A DNA stretch of 19,639 bases from a virus (lineage: Duplodnaviria > Heunggongvirae > Uroviricota > Caudoviricetes). The stretch lies in the IMG/VR virus record IMGVR_UViG_2700989171_000002, one strand, 5' to 3'. Each line of letters starts with the position of its first letter. The first letter of the stretch is position 1. Under the pieces are notes generated by a model. The model saw nothing but the letters and a program-made list of their open reading frames with translations, searched no databases and was not told the DNA's origin. A program made the position numbers and the translations under genes. Below, piece by piece: positions 15,715 to 19,639 of the stretch.

Positions 15715-16148
15715 GCAAAGTAACCGCGATTATCTCCGCTCTGGTTATCTGCATCATCGTTTGCCTGTCATGGGCTGTTAATCACTACCGTGATAACGCC
15801 ATCGCCTACAAAGAGCAGCGCGATAAGGCCGCATCCACAATTGCTGACATGCAGAAGCGTCAACGTGATGTAGCAGAACTCGATGCCAGATATACAAAGG
15901 AGCTTGCTGATGCTAACGCGACTATCGAAAGTCTCCGTGCTGATGTTTCTGCTGGGCGTAAGCGCCTGCAAGTCGCCGCCACCTGTGCAAAGTCAACGAC
16001 CGGAGCCAGCAGCATGGGCGATGGAGAAAGCCCAAGACTTACAGCAGATGCTGAACTCAATTATTACCGTCTACGAAGCGGAATCGACAGGATAACCGCG
16101 CAGGTTAACTACCTGCAGGAGTACATCAGGACGCAATGCCTTCGATGA
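15711..16148 (+). CDS. Rz: Rz i-spanin
   Basis: 145 aa with N-terminal TM helix ([18 protein letters not shown]) and coiled-coil periplasmic domain. N-terminus matches lambda Rz; middle region diverged. Confidence 0.88.
   Translation: MSKVTAIISALVICIIVCLSWAVNHYRDNAIAYKEQRDKAASTIADMQKRQRDVAELDARYTKELADANATIESLRADVSAGRKRLQVAATCAKSTTGASSMGDGESPRLTADAELNYYRLRSGIDRITAQVNYLQEYIRTQCLR
15910..16095 (+). CDS. Rz1: Rz1 o-spanin lipoprotein, embedded in the +1 frame of Rz
   Basis: Internal ATG at 15910; signal peptide [20 protein letters not shown] with lipobox Cys, then a Pro-rich mature peptide. Embedded architecture as in lambda. Confidence 0.75.
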   Translation: MLTRLSKVSVLMFLLGVSACKSPPPVQSQRPEPAAWAMEKAQDLQQMLNSIITVYEAESTG

Positions 16149-16321
16149 TAGCGATAATTTTACTCATCATCCTTCACATCTGGCTCTGTAGACAGGGTGA
16201 TGATCACTTCTGGAGTGAATCCAGATTAAACATCTCATTGCTGATGCTTGATATTGAGCATCTGGCGCGCGGTAAGGGGCTGCGTTGAGATAAGAGCCAG
16301 TCATTACAAATACCAGGATTT

Positions 16322-16347
16322 AGCCTCGCATTTGCGGGGCTTTTTTA
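16322..16347 (+). terminator. Rho-independent terminator after the lysis cassette (AGCCUCGC-AUUU-GCGGGGCU then UUUUUU)
   Basis: Read directly; 8-bp stem including one G-U pair, followed by a T6 run. Confidence 0.6.
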
Positions 16348-16492
16348 CATCTGCAGTAAACCGCGCATCGCAGCGCGTAACAATCCCGAGTCTTTCAGAA
16401 AGCTGAGCCTGAGAATTGCCGTATATGGTGGCGACCATCTCGGGGGCGGCTTTTCTGTGCGAACAGGCTCATCTTTCTAAAAGGTAAACGCT

Positions 16493-16978
16493 ATGAATAA
16501 CTTTGTTGAAATTACCTCAAGAATTGGTCGCATGTACCAAGATTTTCTTATAAGTGGAAAGGGGTCTGGCGACATCATAGAGGAAATTGACAAGCTAAGT
16601 GCAGAGCTGAGAAGGAATGGGTGTGTTAATTCTATCTTTTTTGAAACTTTGCTAAAGCAAGGCTTTATGTTTGACATGATTAATTACAACAAAGTCGCAC
16701 CCAGTGCTTCGCAAAAATCATATGTGTACGTTCTGCATGCTGAAGATAGTGGGCTAACAAAAATAGGGTTTAGTCGCAGGGTTAATAAACGAATTTCAGA
16801 GATATCTCGCATGAGTGGTGGGAAGCTAAATCTAATTGCAAAGATTCCGGCCGATAGAGAGCTTGAAACCAAATTGCACCAAAAATATTACAACTATAGG
16901 TCGCACGGGGAGTGGTTTAGCCTCAATCGTTGTCATTTGAAAGAGCTAAAAGAAATGCCTGGTAACGAACTGAAATAA
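16493..16978 (+). CDS. T5orf172-domain (GIY-YIG-related) protein, 161 aa; AT-rich moron
   Basis: C-terminal YVYVLHAEDSGLTKIGFSRRVNKRISEISRMSGG...ELETKLHQKYYNYRSHGEWFSL fits the T5orf172/MUG113 signature (YVYVL...KIG...R...E..LH......GEWF) as remembered. N-terminal 65 aa unrecognised. Coding region is visibly more AT-rich than its flanks. Confidence 0.7.
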   Translation: MNNFVEITSRIGRMYQDFLISGKGSGDIIEEIDKLSAELRRNGCVNSIFFETLLKQGFMFDMINYNKVAPSASQKSYVYVLHAEDSGLTKIGFSRRVNKRISEISRMSGGKLNLIAKIPADRELETKLHQKYYNYRSHGEWFSLNRCHLKELKEMPGNELK

Positions 16979-17226
16979 TCCCCGGACTCACTAATTAACG
17001 GCAGTACAGCGAAACAACCCAAGCCAGTAAGTGGGGAAATAACACTGGCAGCCACTGAAAGATGAACCTCCTGCCTTATGGCAAAAAAAGATTCTTTGTG
17101 GTGGCGGACTGATGGAAAGACATCGGTTATTGCAGAGACCATTCAATGAGTGGTCTCGACAATGGCTTATACCCTACACGGGATAACTTAACTGATATCC
17201 CTTTTAACGGATAAACGGAGCCAACA

Positions 17227-17469
17227 ATGGCAGAGATTATTCCCATGACTGAAGAACAGAAATTCCAGTTAGAGATTTACAAACTGGTCATGAACCAGAA
17301 CGCAGCCGCAGAAGAAGCATTTCAGTTCATTGGCACTGACGAGCTGAAGCTTGAGCTATTCAAAATTCACTTCCAGTCAGGTGGCGCTAATTCAGATATC
17401 ACGACCCGAACTATCGAAGCGGTGCGTAAATCGAAGGAAGCGTTAGACCTGTTTACTACCGGAGCATGA
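17227..17469 (+). CDS. Hypothetical protein (80 aa) upstream of terminase
   Basis: Track ORF with GGAG RBS. No family recognised. Confidence 0.55.
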   Translation: MAEIIPMTEEQKFQLEIYKLVMNQNAAAEEAFQFIGTDELKLELFKIHFQSGGANSDITTRTIEAVRKSKEALDLFTTGA

Positions 17470-17470
17470 T

Positions 17471-17650
17471 GTGAGCCGCGTAATCAATTTGGGTAAGGAG
17501 AAGAAATTCCCAATTACTCAAGAGCTATACGAGCGGCTTGAAAGCGTTATTCATGATTATGATGGTGAAATCAGTTTATGCGAGGCGATTGGTACACTCG
17601 AATTGCTGAAGCAGTCACTGATTGAAGGCGCGAAAGAGTCCTTAACCTGA
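17471..17650 (+). CDS. Hypothetical protein (59 aa), translationally coupled to the preceding ORF
   Basis: GTG at 17471 preceded by GGAG; start overlaps the upstream stop (ATGATGTGA). Hand translation VSRVINLGKEKKFPITQELYERLESVIHDYDGEISLCEAIGTLELLKQSLIEGAKESLT. Confidence 0.45.
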   Translation: MSRVINLGKEKKFPITQELYERLESVIHDYDGEISLCEAIGTLELLKQSLIEGAKESLT

Positions 17651-17673
17651 AATAACGATTAAGTGAGATGAAT

Positions 17674-18162
17674 ATGGCAGCACCAAAGGGCAACCGATTT
17701 TGGGAGGCCCGCAGTAGTCATGGGCGAAACCCTAAATTCGAATCGCCTGAGGCGCTGTGGGCTGCTTGTTGTGAATACTTCGAGTGGGCTGATGATAACC
17801 CGCTATGGGAGGGTAAGGTATTTTCATATCAGGGAGAAATAATTAAGGCTAATGTCCCTAAGATGCGAGCCATGACTATTTCAGGATTGTGTACCTTCCT
17901 TGATATCACCAGGCAAACATGGGGAACCTTCCGGTCAATGGAAGGTTTTTCTGACGTCACATCACGAGCGGAAGACATCATCTACGACCAGAAGTTCTCT
18001 GGCGCAGCCGCTGACCTTCTCAACGCTAACATCATCGCCCGTGATTTGGGCCTCAAAGAGCAGTCGCAAGTTGAAGACGTGACACCTGATAAGGGAGATC
18101 GCGATAAGCGGCGCTCTCGTATCAAGGAGCTATTCAACCGTGGAACTGGACGCGATTCTTGA
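17674..18162 (+). CDS. Terminase small subunit, P22 gp3-type
   Basis: Sequence from [40 protein letters not shown]... closely matches P22 gp3 as remembered. The track start at 17668 (MNM...) is an alternative. Confidence 0.9.
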   Translation: MAAPKGNRFWEARSSHGRNPKFESPEALWAACCEYFEWADDNPLWEGKVFSYQGEIIKANVPKMRAMTISGLCTFLDITRQTWGTFRSMEGFSDVTSRAEDIIYDQKFSGAAADLLNANIIARDLGLKEQSQVEDVTPDKGDRDKRRSRIKELFNRGTGRDS

Positions 18163-19639
18163 TAACCTGAGCGATGAAGAGCAAATCGAATTGCTCGAGC
18201 TACTCGAAGAAGAAGAGAACTACCGGAACACACACCTGCTATATGAATTTACGCCATACAGCAAACAGCGTGAGTTCATCGACGCCGGGCATGACTATCC
18301 AGAGCGATGTTTTATGGCTGGTAACCAGCTTGGTAAGTCATTTACTGGTGCTGCTGAAGTCGCGTTTCACCTTACCGGGCGTTATCCGGGCACAAAAGGC
18401 TATCCTGCTGATGGTAAATATGGCGGTGAGTGGAAAGGTAAGCGTTTCTATGAACCTGTTGTCTTCTGGATTGGCGGCGAGACAAACGAAACTGTAACCA
18501 AAACGACTCAACGCATCCTGTGTGGTCGTATCGAAGAGAATGATGAGCCAGGCTACGGTTCCATACCTAAAGAAGACATCATTAGCTGGAAGAAGTCTCC
18601 TTTCTTTCCGAACCTTGTTGATCATCTTCTGGTTAAGCATCACACGGCTGATGGCGTTGAAGATGGCATTTCAATCTGCTACTTCAAACCATACTCGCAA
18701 GGCCGTGCTCGCTGGCAGGGTGACACAATCCACGGTGTGTGGTTTGACGAAGAACCACCATACAGCATTTATGGCGAAGGGCTTACCCGTACCAACAAAT
18801 ACGGGCAATTCTCAATTCTGACGTTTACCCCGCTGATGGGGNNNNNNNNNNNNNNNNNNNNNNNNNNNNNNNNNNNNNNNNNNNNNNNNNNNNNNNNNNN
18901 NNNNNNNNNNNNNNNNNNNNNNNNNNNNNNNNNNNNNNNNNNNNNNNNNNNNNNNNNNNNNNNNNNNNNNNNNNNNNNNNNCACCGACGAGCAGAAAGAG
19001 CAAATCATCGCATCCTATCCTGAGCATGAGAGAGAGGCGCGTGCTCGCGGTATTCCTACGATGGGTAGCGGGCGAATCTTCCAGATACCGGAAGAGACGA
19101 TTAAGTGTCAGCCGTTCGAGTGCCCTGATCACTTTTACGTAATTGGCGGTATGGATTTCGGATGGGATCACCCGCAGGCGCAGGTTCAGCTTTGGTGGGA
19201 TAAGGACGCAGACACAATCTACGTTTCACGCGTGTGGAAGGCGAAAGAAAAAACAGCCGTTCAGGCGTGGGGAGCCGTTAAATCTTGGGCGCATAAAGTG
19301 CCAACCGCATGGCCTCATGACGGAAACCAGCACGAGAAGGGCGGCGGTGAGCAGCTTAAAGGGCAGTACGCGGACGCTGGTTTTATGATGTTGCAGGAGC
19401 ATGCGACATGGCCTGATGGCGGTAATGCTGTTGAGCCTGGCATCACTGAATTGCGCGACATGATGCTCGATGGACGCTTCAAAGTATTCAACACCTGTGA
19501 GCCATTCTTTGAGGAGTTCCGCCTCTATCACCGTGATGAAAACGGGAAGATCGTCAAGCTTAACGATGACGTTCTCTCAGCCGTTCGCTATGCATACATG
19601 ATGCGCCGCTTCGCAAAAATGATGCGCGACATCAAAAAA
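18140..19639 (+). CDS. Terminase large subunit, P22 gp2-type; 3' end and stop codon lie beyond the window; interrupted by a 140-nt run of N
   Basis: Not in the ORF track because no stop occurs in-window. GTG at 18140 with AAGGAG RBS; hand translation [37 protein letters not shown]... matches P22 gp2 as remembered. The frame is preserved across the gap and continues to the last base. Confidence 0.85.
   Translation, partial: MELDAILDNLSDEEQIELLELLEEEENYRNTHLLYEFTPYSKQREFIDAGHDYPERCFMAGNQLGKSFTGAAEVAFHLTGRYPGTKGYPADGKYGGEWKGKRFYEPVVFWIGGETNETVTKTTQRILCGRIEENDEPGYGSIPKEDIISWKKSPFFPNLVDHLLVKHHTADGVEDGISICYFKPYSQGRARWQGDTIHGVWFDEEPPYSIYGEGLTRTNKYGQFSILTFTPLMGXXXXXXXXXXXXXXXXXXXXXXXXXXXXXXXXXXXXXXXXXXXXXXXTDEQKEQIIASYPEHEREARARGIPTMGSGRIFQIPEETIKCQPFECPDHFYVIGGMDFGWDHPQAQVQLWWDKDADTIYVSRVWKAKEKTAVQAWGAVKSWAHKVPTAWPHDGNQHEKGGGEQLKGQYADAGFMMLQEHATWPDGGNAVEPGITELRDMMLDGRFKVFNTCEPFFEEFRLYHRDENGKIVKLNDDVLSAVRYAYMMRRFAKMMRDIKK
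18842..18981. other. Assembly gap (140 N)
   Basis: Run of N characters inside the large terminase gene. Confidence 0.95.

Larger units (their letters stand above)
43..19639. mobile_element. Lambdoid (P22/lambda mosaic) prophage, int-proximal part; continues beyond the right edge of the window
   Basis: Contiguous canonical lambdoid gene order from int/xis next to a tRNA 3' end through immunity, replication, nin, Q, lysis and terminase genes. Confidence 0.9.

Noticed and set aside
16145-16288. 47-codon ORF starting at the Rz stop ([23 protein letters not shown]...), possible small membrane protein
   Set aside because: No convincing RBS, hydrophobic composition easily produced by chance; kept only as a remote possibility.
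18174-18821. Plus-strand ORFs 18174..18497 and 18522..18821, and minus-strand ORFs 17982..18233, 18338..18643, 18769..19008, 18812..19171 and 19226..19531
   Set aside because: All lie in alternative frames within the large terminase gene, whose frame shows clear P22 gp2 similarity; several are also padded with X from the gap.

Overview
This window is the integrase-proximal ~19.6 kb of a lambdoid prophage, a mosaic of P22-like and lambda-like modules, inserted at the 3' end of a tRNA gene (most likely tRNA-Thr). No search or computation was run; all calls come from reading the sequence and the ORF track against remembered phage families. Gene order, left to right: tRNA 3' fragment/att; int and xis (minus strand); an 'ea' accessory block; a RecT recombination module with no exonuclease partner; cIII-like gene; a decayed ral; N with a P22-type nutL; pL; CI repressor; pR; cro; nutR; cII; an O-like initiator carrying an iteron origin inside its coding sequence; DnaB-type helicase; a nin block (ninB, ninD, ninE, ninF, a Rha/ANT-like insert, YbcO-like, rusA, ninH); Q; pR'; a lambda-type lysis cassette (S, R, Rz/Rz1); an AT-rich moron encoding a T5orf172-like protein; two small coupled ORFs; and P22-type small and large terminase, the latter running off the window end. 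Two runs of N (10 nt and 140 nt) are assembly gaps. I see no CRISPR array, no rRNA and no clearly novel multi-gene system. The best candidates for something undescribed are single cargo genes: the T5orf172-like moron, the Rha/ANT-like gene in the nin operon, and the small unknown proteins around recT and next to int.
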